This document shows positions 40,601-49,616 of a stretch of 64,000 nucleotides of DNA, one piece after another. Made by a program: the position numbers and the translations under genes. Position 1 is the first letter of the stretch, and each line of letters opens with the position of its first letter. Under the pieces are notes generated by a model. That model was not told the origin of the DNA. It saw only the letters and a list, made by a program, of their open reading frames with translations, and did no database searches. The DNA is taken from IMG/VR virus record IMGVR_UViG_3300005077_000003, positions 96,001 to 160,000 of that record; one strand, 5' to 3'. This stretch comes from a virus.

Positions 40601-41841
40601 AATCATTTAGGCCAGACTTTGGCGTTTCCTATCTACAATATGCAAATGCAAGTTCTTTTACTACTGGCTCAATACAAATACCAGAATGCATTGATTTAGC
40701 TAGCGGGAAAACAATAGAATTATTATTGTTAGCTCCAGCAGTTGATTTACCAATTGGTTATAACAATAGCTGGAACTGGGTTGCAGACAGATCAACTACA
40801 GTATGTGCTAATGATAATATAAAAATAAAATTTATATGTATTGATGAAACTAGCCAATCTGGTATTTGGGTTGATATGTCGAGAAACAACCCGCCAATGC
40901 CAGCTGTGCATAGCCACGCATATCATAATGGTCAAGGTAACTTAGGAGTATCTGGAGATCTTACAGTAGAAAGCGGGCTATCAGTCGGTGGCTTAATTAA
41001 TGGCGTCGACTTAACTGGTCACACTGATGATGCAACAATACATTTTACTGAAGGCTCTATTTCACATAGCAACATAGACAACTTAGACGCTGATGACCAT
41101 ACACAATACTATAATGAGACCAGAGGGGACGCTAGATATAGCTTAACCGGACATACTCACACAGAGTATACTACAGACGTAGAGTATAACTATCTTTCTG
41201 GAGAAGTAAATACACATACGTCAGACTCCACAATACATTTCACAGAAGCGTCAATTGATCATACTAATATACAAAATATTGGTACCAATACTCACTCACA
41301 AATAGATACTGCCATATCTTCTGGAGTTTCCCACAGAGCTGATTCTACTATACATTTTACTGAAGGATCTATATCCCACAGTAATATAGACGATCTAGAT
41401 GCAGATGATCATACTCAGTATCATAATGATACCAGAGGTGACACAAGATATTTATACACTGGTAATGCTTCTTCGTATACACCTACAACAGACTATCACC
41501 CAGCTACCAAGGTATATGTAGATGACCTGGTAAGCGATGCTTATTATTATCAACCAGTAATAAATATTGCTGGAAACCTCTCTCTTACTGCTGCGCATAG
41601 AAATGTATTTGTAAATGCTACCGCCACATCTTATACTGTAATCCCGCCTAATCCTACAACAGTATCCGGCCACGTATTCTCTACTACAAAAACAGATTCT
41701 AGTGCCTATACGGTAACAGTAAACCCTGCTGGCGCTAATACTATTAATGGCTCATTAACATATGTACTTACTGCACAGTATGATAGTATTACCTATATTA
41801 GTGATGGTACAGAGTATAAAATTATTGGAAAGTATCCATAA
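37681..41841 (+). CDS. Long mosaic fibre protein: two Ig-like (Big_5) domains, collagen triple helix, three CBM5/12-like modules and His-rich repeats (1386 aa)
   Basis: TTNPPNG...[13 protein letters not shown] and SMFPRQGA...LSFANPID (Ig-like); Gly-X-Y run; three W...Y...DVV..SG..Y modules; repeated HxxDxTIHFT and DDHTQY. Confidence 0.75.
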   Translation: MRINAQTFKIHSGGSGVKEVEKFIANRIGRDLSLIHSISAISINATTTELTLNYYDSPEISVQTTNPPNGFVASTGTPLDVIFAQYSSPLNENSISGGITLNGSETTGWYIEENTNNYILAIQINTGSQDEVAVIVVLDDSIEDYRGNQQNGSTVLGYTTSTRAIVTEGYEDVYSAKDIRGTVKLKYARIDASASPTRKIKEILNKSDELLAYASVSKNITTTELFMLIVDEAEPVVKSMFPRQGANNPTDVSFGSLVLSFANPIDIVQATTVLGTFGVYQSYGVTQDVPLNRISAIDERTIKFDTSGIWSDLSLTTAYVNIFVRPGLRSAKGLESTKGYVFGHEISEIAFGGVGAQGPPGPPGPTGAQGESGAPGEQGPTGEPGPTGATGDPGPQGDPGPPGEDGEDGAPGQGFIWSGEWTSTNTYQPYDVVYYSGNGDTYVCVQTDLGHPPETTSSWELMVRAYDGTGTGGGGGPIAHSDLIDMPSSLNDDHDGRYSLTGHNHDGIYVTTGAFYTLSGEVTNISNDLTTLESAFDTHSGDDTIHFTMGEILISHSDLTDLDADDHTHYYNQTRGDARYALSGHNHDSSYPTIGSFSYLSGQVGTLSTDLEILSGDLDTHTSDSTIHYTVDSIVHSDLAELDGDDHTQYYNQTRGDARYALSGHNHDSSYPTIGAFTSLSGTVATLVTDLATTSGDLSAHTSDNTIHFTEDSISHSAIDDLTSDDHLQYFTTGRADTRYSQTGHTHTQFDDIRPDAFALSGGNWSAVPTYVLGDVVFHSGISYVARQSSTAKTPAPISAYWYQLGTLTTYTGFSGASTSIDITAVHYQGPWSDVEYYYENDLVTYSGLAYINIQEIISNPPTDTDYWANIGVLTGYLDDYLTGGAGTYVALSGAFSGASIDNIATFATADGLQIKDSGVDITKVARLQEHNTYTAPNTFQGDAGFESDAYFNEQAVFSKGIKTPSVLLIPSGQSFRPDFGVSYLQYANASSFTTGSIQIPECIDLASGKTIELLLLAPAVDLPIGYNNSWNWVADRSTTVCANDNIKIKFICIDETSQSGIWVDMSRNNPPMPAVHSHAYHNGQGNLGVSGDLTVESGLSVGGLINGVDLTGHTDDATIHFTEGSISHSNIDNLDADDHTQYYNETRGDARYSLTGHTHTEYTTDVEYNYLSGEVNTHTSDSTIHFTEASIDHTNIQNIGTNTHSQIDTAISSGVSHRADSTIHFTEGSISHSNIDDLDADDHTQYHNDTRGDTRYLYTGNASSYTPTTDYHPATKVYVDDLVSDAYYYQPVINIAGNLSLTAAHRNVFVNATATSYTVIPPNPTTVSGHVFSTTKTDSSAYTVTVNPAGANTINGSLTYVLTAQYDSITYISDGTEYKIIGKYP
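38743..38922 (+). repeat. Collagen-like Gly-X-Y repeat, 19-20 triplets
   Basis: [58 protein letters not shown]. Confidence 0.95.
39118..39921 (+). repeat. His/Asp-rich protein repeat block 1 (about 75-80 aa unit; three full units plus one partial)
   Basis: Unit H-x2-D-x-TIH(F/Y)T...HS-x-L/I-x2-L-x2-DDH-x2-Y...RGDARY-x2-(S/T)GH(N/T)H; synonymous sites have diverged. Confidence 0.9.
41020..41451 (+). repeat. His/Asp-rich protein repeat block 2 (three TIHFTE units)
   Basis: [16 protein letters not shown]..., [16 protein letters not shown]..., [16 protein letters not shown].... Confidence 0.9.
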
Positions 41842-41874
41842 AAGTATTTTAATTATATGTAGTATATATTATAT

Positions 41875-42588
41875 ATGACACAAGACCCACCAAAAGATCA
41901 TAGAGATTTTGCTAGATGGTTTGTAAAAGAGTATTCTTCACAACTATATAAATCTATTTCCCGCAGGTTAATACCTAATAGGTATTCTATAGATGATGTA
42001 AAACATTATATGATAGAGAGAATACTAGACATCCTAGATAAGCGCGAACAAAGAGGCAACCCAATAGAGGAGCCAAAGACTTATTTTCGAAAGCTTATCC
42101 CATATTGGTGTGTAGAATTCCAACGCATGCATGGGTTCATATACTCTTTACCTAAAAGGCCAAGGGATGCTAACGCAGAAAAAGATATAGGACAGCACGG
42201 GTTCGTATATCTTAATTCTGATTATAATGTTGACGAGAATAATTCTAACAATGAACATGCAATACAAACATCATATATAGAATGCAGCTTCAACGAACCA
42301 ATAAAATATCTTAACCAATATAAAGTAGTTGGAAATGATCCTGATGAGATATCTCCTGCGTGGGAAGTTCTTATGGGAGCCTTAAAAGAAGAAGAGGCTG
42401 ATATTATATCATGTTTATTTAGATATAACTTAACGGTCCCACAAGCAGCCAAGAAGCTTGGTATAGCTGTATCTACGGCCTATCAAAGGAAGGAACGAGC
42501 ATTAAATATACTTAGTGGATATATAGTAGCAAATACTAGTATTAACGATATAAGCTGGATTACGTTAAAAGGATTAACTAATGGTTAA
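41875..42588 (+). CDS. Sigma-70 family (ECF-like) RNA polymerase sigma factor
   Basis: Region-2-like helices (TYFRKLIPYWCVEFQR) and a region-4 HTH, ALKEEEADII...LTVPQAAKKLGIAVSTAYQRKERAL. Confidence 0.7.
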   Translation: MTQDPPKDHRDFARWFVKEYSSQLYKSISRRLIPNRYSIDDVKHYMIERILDILDKREQRGNPIEEPKTYFRKLIPYWCVEFQRMHGFIYSLPKRPRDANAEKDIGQHGFVYLNSDYNVDENNSNNEHAIQTSYIECSFNEPIKYLNQYKVVGNDPDEISPAWEVLMGALKEEEADIISCLFRYNLTVPQAAKKLGIAVSTAYQRKERALNILSGYIVANTSINDISWITLKGLTNG

Positions 42589-42679
42589 AGAAAATGATTT
42601 GGCAGAAAAATTTGTATTTGGATTTACTGTACTAATTGTTGCAACCGTATTGTTATTAACCATATTGGTAGTTGTATAG
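42581..42679 (+). CDS. 32-aa single-pass membrane peptide (not in the ORF track)
   Basis: MVKENDLAEKFVFGFTVLIVATVLLLTILVVV*; overlaps the sigma gene stop by 8 nt and ends just before the terminator. Confidence 0.55.
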   Translation: MVKENDLAEKFVFGFTVLIVATVLLLTILVVV

Positions 42680-42693
42680 TAATTACTATATAC

Positions 42694-42729
42694 AAAAAAA
42701 TTAGGGAGCCAAAATTGGCTCCCTTTTTT
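42694..42729. terminator. Bidirectional Rho-independent terminator
   Basis: A7 tract, AGGGAGCCA/TGGCTCCCT stem, T6 tract; lies between the converging virion and sugar operons. Confidence 0.85.
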
Positions 42730-42730
42730 G

Positions 42731-42929
42731 TCTACTGACAAATTGAGCATTAAGTGGGGCGGATCAGCATCGAGAGACTCCTTATTTGTTTTTGTATTAG
42801 ATATTTCTAATTGTGTTTAAATGAAAATTACGAAGGTCAGTAGATATTCAAAACCCCTAAGCACAAAAAAATATAACACGTTAGCCTGTGGGTCGCATCT
42901 AACTATGTTAATGGAATATGCTTAGGGGT
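42731..42929. other. Non-coding region with two adjacent long-range inverted repeats (candidate structured RNA)
   Basis: TCTACTGAC 42731-39 / GTCAGTAGA 42836-44; ACCCCTAAGCA 42853-63 / TGCTTAGGGGT 42919-29 enclosing a nested bulged stem. Confidence 0.4.
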
Positions 42930-42950
42930 ATTCTGTATATAGAATCGGCT

Positions 42951-44084
42951 TTATTCAAAGCACTCTGAAAGAGCTTTTTTTATAGTGGCAATATCTTCTT
43001 CTGTCATATATGCGTGTGTTCCAATATGCACTCCATGATTTCCTACATATTCGGCATTTGGAAACTCGCCTAGCTTATGATTCATAAATTCATATGCTAT
43101 ATGTTGAGTAGGAATGCAGCCAAAATTTCTTTTCCACTCTATATTATATTTGTCTAATATCGTTGTTAGGTTACTTACCTGTTTGTTGTCTTTTAGTGTT
43201 ATACTAAAGCCATGAGGACATACAGAATATCCTTCAGGCTCTATGCTAAAATATGCTAAATCAGTAAATTGTTTTGTATAGTTTACAAGATTATACCATA
43301 CTTCCTTTCTTTTAGAAAAAATATCACTGAAATTTTTAATGGAACTTATACCTAAGGCTGCTTCCATATCATTCATCTTAGAATTATAACCCACTCTAAG
43401 ATGCGAAAAATATAAGCTATCATGTATTCTACCATGAGACCTGGTAGATACAACTGAATTATATACCGTATCACTATTGGTAGATACCATTCCTCCTTCA
43501 GCAGTGCATATTAGGTGAGCAACATAGTAACTAAATGCTGCACCATAGCTTTCTTGGCCAATATATACAGGTCCTCCATAGTTATTAGTGTAAGTAGCTC
43601 CATGTGCTTCACAGGCGTCCTCAAACACAATTAAATTGTGCTTGTTAGCAATTTCTAGTATTTTATTCATATTGCAGGGAAGCCCCATAGTATGTACTGC
43701 TAGTATTGCTCTGGTTTTATTTGTAATTGCTGCTTCTATTAGATCCTCGTTTATATTAAGAGTATCTCTTCTTATATCTACAAAAACAGGAGTAAATCCA
43801 GCTGTTAATACAGCATTAGTAGACGCTATAAAAGAAAGTGCTGGAACAATCACTTCATCTCCTCGTTTAGCCCCAAAGTCATATAACGAAGAGACTAGAT
43901 TAAGTACTGCATCTGTACCTGAAGAAACTGCTGCGCTATATTTATAATTAAATATAGTGTTCCATTTTTTTTCAAACTCCTTTACCTTAGGTCCCATAGT
44001 AACCCAGTTATTTTCTATACATTCTTGTATAGAACTAATGACATCATTGTCTATAGATAATTTACCAAAATTAATTTTTTTCAT
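42951..44084 (-). CDS. colD: DegT/DnrJ-fold PLP enzyme with His in place of the catalytic Lys: GDP-4-keto-6-deoxymannose 3-dehydratase (ColD-like)
   Basis: AVSSGT, EDACEAHGA and FSYYVAHLICTAEGG. The His is six residues before EGG, where aminotransferases have Lys; adjacent to gmd and fcl. Confidence 0.72.
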   Translation of the reverse strand: MKKINFGKLSIDNDVISSIQECIENNWVTMGPKVKEFEKKWNTIFNYKYSAAVSSGTDAVLNLVSSLYDFGAKRGDEVIVPALSFIASTNAVLTAGFTPVFVDIRRDTLNINEDLIEAAITNKTRAILAVHTMGLPCNMNKILEIANKHNLIVFEDACEAHGATYTNNYGGPVYIGQESYGAAFSYYVAHLICTAEGGMVSTNSDTVYNSVVSTRSHGRIHDSLYFSHLRVGYNSKMNDMEAALGISSIKNFSDIFSKRKEVWYNLVNYTKQFTDLAYFSIEPEGYSVCPHGFSITLKDNKQVSNLTTILDKYNIEWKRNFGCIPTQHIAYEFMNHKLGEFPNAEYVGNHGVHIGTHAYMTEEDIATIKKALSECFE

Positions 44085-45039
44085 ATAGTTTTATCCAATA
44101 ATCTATCATTTCATCTAACATAGATTCAAAAGTATATTCAAATTGAAGATCTATAATTTCTTTTGTTTTACTAGTATCGCCACATAAAGTATAAAGTTCC
44201 TGTGGTCTAATATATCTCTGGTTTTGAGTAACATATTTATTATAGTCTAATTCTAACTTGCTAAATACATATTCACACATTTCTCTTACACTATGGGTTA
44301 TTCCAGTAGCACATAAATAATCACCAGGAGTAGGTAACTGCATAAGCTGATACATTACTTTTACGTAATCTTTAGCATGTCCCCAGTCGCGCTTAGCTTC
44401 TAGATTTCCTAATGCAAGTGTAGATTTTTTACCTTTAGCTATTTCAATAGCACCCTTTACTATTTTAGTACTAACGAAATTAGCTCCTCTTCTGACTGAT
44501 TCATGGTTAAACAGTATACCATTAGTAATATACATATTATATGCTTGCCTATAACATTTAGCAAGATTATACGCGGCTACTTTAGAGCAAGCATAAGGAC
44601 TTACTGGATGCATTGGAGTCAGCTCAGTTTGCATTTTATCAGTAGAATTGCCAAACATCTCTGATGATGCAGCATTATATATCTTTACATGGGGACATAC
44701 TAACTTAACTGCCTCCAGTAAATTTAGTGTTCCAACTGCGTTTGTTTGGTAAGTATAAGTAGGCTTTATAAAACTAACATTAACATGTGATTGTGCTGCT
44801 AAATGATATATAACATCTGGTTCATATTTTTGTAATAACGAGATTATAGATAAAACATCTGTTATATCTCCATACTCGATTGAAATATCTCCAATAATAT
44901 GATTTAGCCTTGCAGACTGGTTCTCTGAAACTGAGTTCCTTCGGACCATACCACATACTTGGCTACCCTCTTTTAATAAGAGCTCTGCCAAGTATGAACC
45001 ATCTTGGCCTGCTATACCTGTTATTAGGGCTTTTTTCAT
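44071..45039 (-). CDS. gmd: GDP-mannose 4,6-dehydratase
   Basis: ITGIAGQDGSYLAE, LAAQSHV, SSEMFG, SPYACSK, LFNHES, GNLEAKRDWGHAKDYV. Confidence 0.96.
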   Translation of the reverse strand: MKKALITGIAGQDGSYLAELLLKEGSQVCGMVRRNSVSENQSARLNHIIGDISIEYGDITDVLSIISLLQKYEPDVIYHLAAQSHVNVSFIKPTYTYQTNAVGTLNLLEAVKLVCPHVKIYNAASSEMFGNSTDKMQTELTPMHPVSPYACSKVAAYNLAKCYRQAYNMYITNGILFNHESVRRGANFVSTKIVKGAIEIAKGKKSTLALGNLEAKRDWGHAKDYVKVMYQLMQLPTPGDYLCATGITHSVREMCEYVFSKLELDYNKYVTQNQRYIRPQELYTLCGDTSKTKEIIDLQFEYTFESMLDEMIDYWIKLYEKN

Positions 45040-45980
45040 TATAATCTAATCTCTGTTCCCCTCAGCATACTATCTTGGAACCATTCTATACTTTTTGTAA
45101 GTGCTTCTTTCATATCTGTATACTTAAAGTCTGGTAGAATACTATCAAATAGTGTTCTATTTGATCTTCTAAACATTTGACCATTTGGCTTTGAACTGTC
45201 AAAAACAATATTTTTATACCCATATATTTTGGCTACTAAGTTAGCCATATGGCTAATTCTATATTCTCCTTCGCCAGGAATTAATAACAATTCTGGAAGA
45301 ATATCGTTATTAATTTTCTTTTCTGTTATATCCAATACAGCCCTAGCTAAGTCATGAGAATAAATAAATTCTCTTGTTGGTTCTCCCGTACCCCAGACAA
45401 CAAATGGTTTATTGTCTCGCTGAGCCTCATAGCATTTACGTATTAAACTTGGCATAACATGTCCCAAAGTTAAGTCATAATTATCATGTTCTCCAAATAC
45501 ATTGCCTGGGATAACTGTCATATAGTTTGTTCCAAATTGTTTGTTATAAGCATGTATTTGTATATCTACCATGCGCTTAGTATAAGCATAAACATAGTGG
45601 AATGAAGCTGGAGGACTATCGTGGAGCTTGCTTTCTTCTAAGGTTTCTAGTTCACCAGGGAAGGCACAATTCGATCCAAATGCAATTACATTTGGTATGT
45701 TATTTATACGTGCTGATTCAATTACATTAGTATTAATTAAAATATTATCTCTAAATAATTCCCCAGAGTAATGCATGTTTCTATATATGCCTCCTACTCT
45801 GGCAGCAGCATGTATTATAGCATCAGCATCTTTATGTAGTAAGCAAATATTATTTGCTACAGCTGGATCTCGTAGATCACATTCTCTGGGTATTGGAACC
45901 ATATCATGGCCGCGCTTGATTCCGTTTTCTAATATTGCACTACCAGCTAATCCTTTAGGTCCCGTAAGTAAAATTTTCAT
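45039..45980 (-). CDS. fcl: GDP-4-keto-6-deoxymannose 3,5-epimerase/4-reductase (Fcl/ColC type)
   Basis: HAAARVGGI, GSNCAFP (catalytic Cys), YAYTKR (YxxxK), DNYD...GHVMPSLI (catalytic His), WGTGEPTREF. Confidence 0.88.
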   Translation of the reverse strand: MKILLTGPKGLAGSAILENGIKRGHDMVPIPRECDLRDPAVANNICLLHKDADAIIHAAARVGGIYRNMHYSGELFRDNILINTNVIESARINNIPNVIAFGSNCAFPGELETLEESKLHDSPPASFHYVYAYTKRMVDIQIHAYNKQFGTNYMTVIPGNVFGEHDNYDLTLGHVMPSLIRKCYEAQRDNKPFVVWGTGEPTREFIYSHDLARAVLDITEKKINNDILPELLLIPGEGEYRISHMANLVAKIYGYKNIVFDSSKPNGQMFRRSNRTLFDSILPDFKYTDMKEALTKSIEWFQDSMLRGTEIRL

Positions 45981-46585
45981 ATTTTTTGTGCCTCAACATT
46001 TAATGACATTAATATACCATTTACTTTGTCAAAGTTAGGAAGATAAGATTGACTGTAATCATCTATCCACCAATGTTCTGTTTCTTTCCAGTCATATCTA
46101 CATATGTTTGTAAAGCCTACTAGTTCTAGTATCGACTTGAGTCTGTCAAAATCCCAGCTTGATCTATGGATTGCTGATTCGTATAGAGAACTGCCATGAA
46201 TAATATTCTGAAGAATAGTAAGATTCTTAGTAAGTAAGTAATAGTTTACTATTGTTGCGAAATCAGGCATAGCTAGTCTAAGAATACCTCCGTTTTCAAG
46301 AACAGAATACCAATTTGCTAAAGAAGAGTTTATTTCTTCTGGTTTTAAATGTTCAAGTACATGACAGGCATATATAAGCCCAACTGATCCTGGCTTATAT
46401 TTGGAAAGAGTTCTTATATCATCTACTATGTCTGGATTACAATTTTCACGAGAATCTATGTTTATAAATCCAGGAATCTTTTTTATCCCGCATCCTAGGT
46501 TTAGTTTAGGACCTCTAATTGTAAGTTTTTTAGAAGTTCCATCTATAATAGGACAGTCAGTTCCTTTTATATGCGCCTTTTCCAT
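45977..46585 (-). CDS. Class I SAM-dependent methyltransferase (Methyltransf_11-like)
   Basis: LNLGCG, NID, IYACHVLEH, GGILRLAMPD. Confidence 0.85.
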   Translation of the reverse strand: MEKAHIKGTDCPIIDGTSKKLTIRGPKLNLGCGIKKIPGFINIDSRENCNPDIVDDIRTLSKYKPGSVGLIYACHVLEHLKPEEINSSLANWYSVLENGGILRLAMPDFATIVNYYLLTKNLTILQNIIHGSSLYESAIHRSSWDFDRLKSILELVGFTNICRYDWKETEHWWIDDYSQSYLPNFDKVNGILMSLNVEAQKI

Positions 46586-47328
46586 ATCTTTGGTGACTCC
46601 TTCCAGTTGTCATAGGGGATTTGAATTTCGCGCTGCCCTGGGGCTGAATAAATTGAATTAAAAAGTGGTTTATCGTTCTCTATATCTGCTGCTACCAGTG
46701 GATGTGTAGCATCTCTTGGTTCCCAAAACGCATCCATGGCAAAAAATGGGGGGATAATAATAGATGCTCCATCCATCTGGGCTCTAAATCCCATGTCGAT
46801 TACGTTCATATTTGCTTGTTCAAATCTGCAATCTAGTCCACCAAGATATCTAAAATAGCTAGTTCTAAGGAATGAGATAAGAGGAATTGCCCAGTTTTGG
46901 GATATTCCTGGAAGTCTTAACGCTTCATGATACCATGCCATCCAGTATCTTTCATGGAAATGTTGTTCTTGTCCAGGCTTGGTAAAGTCTTCTACATATC
47001 TCATACATACAATGTCTTTCTCATTATTTCTTTCGTTAAGTATATCTGTAGTAGTTTGTATAGCATTTTGTCTTGCAATACAGTCATCTGGCATCCATGT
47101 TAAATATTTGCCTTCAACAAATAGCGAAGCTATTTGCAAAGCTCTCGCAGGAGATCCAAGTTCTCTAATATATTTTACATTATCTAGGTAAAGGTCTCCT
47201 GGCATTGCATACGGACCACAAAAAATTACTTCAAATGATTTATTTCCTACCGATTCTTTTAAAGAATTATACGTTCTTTGCCAGGCCTCATTTCTAATAC
47301 CAGGAACTATAATTGAAATATCTATCAT
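46567..47328 (-). CDS. GT-A fold (GT2-like) glycosyltransferase, tandem paralogue 5
   Basis: SIIVPGIR, WMPDDC, LGGLDCRFE, C-terminal NW...WKRR. Confidence 0.8.
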   Translation of the reverse strand: MIDISIIVPGIRNEAWQRTYNSLKESVGNKSFEVIFCGPYAMPGDLYLDNVKYIRELGSPARALQIASLFVEGKYLTWMPDDCIARQNAIQTTTDILNERNNEKDIVCMRYVEDFTKPGQEQHFHERYWMAWYHEALRLPGISQNWAIPLISFLRTSYFRYLGGLDCRFEQANMNVIDMGFRAQMDGASIIIPPFFAMDAFWEPRDATHPLVAADIENDKPLFNSIYSAPGQREIQIPYDNWKESPKIWKRRI

Positions 47329-48083
47329 ACTTTAAATCTCCTTTCCCATATTGCTGGGCTTTGTTTCCAGTTATAAAGATCTATACATTGAGGACGCTGC
47401 TTAGCTGTTAACTCAGAACCATAAATTGATCTAAACAATAATTGATCTGGACCATCAGATAAACAAATAGCAGCATGGTCTCCAGAGTGTCCTGGCATAT
47501 GGTCGTCATTACTGATTTCTGTATTAGATGGATAACAATTTCCTCCAGCTCTCTGAATACGGAATAGTAAGTCATGTATATTGTAGTTGATATGTTCAAA
47601 TCTGCAGTCATAACCACCAAATTGTTTAATAGTTGCTAAACTAAGGAGGGTATGACCGCAAATTTTCCAGCCTGGATCTATTCCAGGAAGCCGTAGGGCT
47701 TCATGGTACCACGCATTCCAGTTTTCAATAGGTGCCTCCTTACCAGTTCTTCCAGGAGATTCTCGATACCTCATTAGAATAACATCTAAATTTCCACACA
47801 TATTATCATATTGCTCGATAGCATTATCTATTGCTCCAGGAAGGAACAAAGCATCATCTACAGCATTAAAGTATAGTTCACCACTGCAATATAACAATCC
47901 TATTTGGGTAGCTCTTGATGGAGTTCCATAGTCTATAACACAAATAGTTTTGTCGTATACAGAAAAATTAGGACCTACTAATATAACTTCATATTCATAT
48001 TTGGTACAAGACTGAGCTAAGCTATCTAGCATAGCCGGAATAAGTGTGGATCTTATTGATGGAATTACAATACTAAGTTTCAA
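47325..48083 (-). CDS. GT2-like glycosyltransferase, tandem paralogue 4
   Basis: SIVIPSIR, AVDDA, FGGYDCRFE, NW...WERRF. Start reassigned to the TTG at 48083, downstream of an AGGAGG site. Confidence 0.8.
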   Translation of the reverse strand: MKLSIVIPSIRSTLIPAMLDSLAQSCTKYEYEVILVGPNFSVYDKTICVIDYGTPSRATQIGLLYCSGELYFNAVDDALFLPGAIDNAIEQYDNMCGNLDVILMRYRESPGRTGKEAPIENWNAWYHEALRLPGIDPGWKICGHTLLSLATIKQFGGYDCRFEHINYNIHDLLFRIQRAGGNCYPSNTEISNDDHMPGHSGDHAAICLSDGPDQLLFRSIYGSELTAKQRPQCIDLYNWKQSPAIWERRFKV

Positions 48084-48837
48084 TTTTAAACCTCCTGCTC
48101 CAAACCCGCTCAGCAGTTTGCCAATTATCGTATGGAACGTATATCCTTTCAAGGCAACTTTCGTCTTTATATATATCAATTAGTAGTTGCCAGTCATGAT
48201 TATTCTGAGCATCTTCAATTGGTCCATGATCTAGATGACCATGATCACAGTCTAATATAAAGTTATTTAACATAGTAACTTCACATCCTGACCTATATGA
48301 TCTCATCGCAAAATCAGCATGAGAACAACAGCCTACTTCAAATTTACAGTCAAGTCCGCCAAGTTCTATGAAGGTTTCCCTATGCATAATAGCAGGCTGA
48401 AACATCCACCATGACGGGTCTGCAAATTTAGCAAGCGGGCTATAGTTATTTAATCTAAAATATTGATCTGGTTGTTTTGTTTTTACTATACCATTTCTCC
48501 CTTCATAATATCTACCCACACATATTTTTTCTTTTGAGGATTCTTTTAGTAAAGTTATTGCCTCATCTAATGCATCTGGTAAATAGATTGCATCATCAGC
48601 TCCCCATGTAATTAAGTTTCCTTCTGCAAACAGAGTTCCTATTTGCTGTGCTCTAACAGCAGAGCCAAAATCCTTTATATATTTTATATTTGCATATTTA
48701 GTAAGAGGTTCAGGTAAAAGAAATGGACCAACAAATATAACTTCTATATCTTCTTGTGAAGTATTTTTTATTGACGCATAAAGAGCTTCCCAATTATATG
48801 GGCGTATTCCTGGGATAATAATAGACAATGTTGGCAT
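48073..48837 (-). CDS. GT2-like glycosyltransferase, tandem paralogue 3
   Basis: SIIIPGIR, GADDA, LGGLDCKFE, NW...WSRRF. Start reassigned to the ATG at 48837 (TAATG overlap). Confidence 0.8.
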   Translation of the reverse strand: MPTLSIIIPGIRPYNWEALYASIKNTSQEDIEVIFVGPFLLPEPLTKYANIKYIKDFGSAVRAQQIGTLFAEGNLITWGADDAIYLPDALDEAITLLKESSKEKICVGRYYEGRNGIVKTKQPDQYFRLNNYSPLAKFADPSWWMFQPAIMHRETFIELGGLDCKFEVGCCSHADFAMRSYRSGCEVTMLNNFILDCDHGHLDHGPIEDAQNNHDWQLLIDIYKDESCLERIYVPYDNWQTAERVWSRRFKIET

Positions 48838-49616
48838 TATTGAAATCTCCTTGACCAAACATGTTCTGCGTATTTCCAATTATTGAAATCAATTATAGTT
48901 CTTGTTGAGGGAATACTATAAAGTTGGTATAATATACGATAGTCTGTTTGTGGATTATTCATATCATCTACCACTGTTACTGGATCATGATCTCCATACA
49001 TTCCAGCTGAACCAGGAGCCCAATCACACATTAATACTGGGCCACAGGGAGTTCCTATATGTGCTCCATACTTTATAAGCCTTACAGTAAGATCTTGTCC
49101 ACCCCAGTTACATGTGTTAAAATTTATACAATCATACCCACCTATTGCATAAAACAAATCAGGAGACATGATAGAGTTAAGCATCATAGGCGCCCCATCT
49201 GGGATACCAGGAAGATTTAGATGTGGCCATCTTTTCATGTGCCAGTAATTCTCTGGCATGTTATTATTTCCTTCTCCATATCGAAGAGGAATTACGGTGT
49301 TTTCAGCTTCACCTTTTTCCCATTCAGAGAATGCTTCTTCTAACTTTCCTGGATGATATACTCCATCATCTGCCCCAAGAGTTATAGCTTTTCCTTCGCA
49401 GAACATGGCTGCAATTTGAGCACCACGAGATACTGATCCAAAGTCTCTTATATATTTAAAGTTTTTGAATTCAATCATATCTTTTTGTGGTGGAAAAGGG
49501 CCACATATGATTAATTCAAAACTATATTTTCCTATTGATGGGATAATACTATCGTAATATCTTTTCCATAGTTGTGGTCTAATGCCTCCAAGGAATATAG
49601 ACAGATCTGGCTTCAT
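48837..49616 (-). CDS. GT2-like glycosyltransferase, tandem paralogue 2
   Basis: SIFLGGIR, GADDG, IGGYDC, NW...WSRRF. Confidence 0.8.
   Translation of the reverse strand: MKPDLSIFLGGIRPQLWKRYYDSIIPSIGKYSFELIICGPFPPQKDMIEFKNFKYIRDFGSVSRGAQIAAMFCEGKAITLGADDGVYHPGKLEEAFSEWEKGEAENTVIPLRYGEGNNNMPENYWHMKRWPHLNLPGIPDGAPMMLNSIMSPDLFYAIGGYDCINFNTCNWGGQDLTVRLIKYGAHIGTPCGPVLMCDWAPGSAGMYGDHDPVTVVDDMNNPQTDYRILYQLYSIPSTRTIIDFNNWKYAEHVWSRRFQ

Noticed and set aside
39118-41451. CRISPR array or DGR template/variable repeat pair
   Set aside because: The repeats are in-frame protein repeats that differ at synonymous sites, with no fixed DNA repeat-spacer period, no adenine-specific mismatch pattern and no reverse transcriptase in the window.
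42951-44084. Perosamine synthase or another sugar aminotransferase
   Set aside because: The Schiff-base Lys position is occupied by His.
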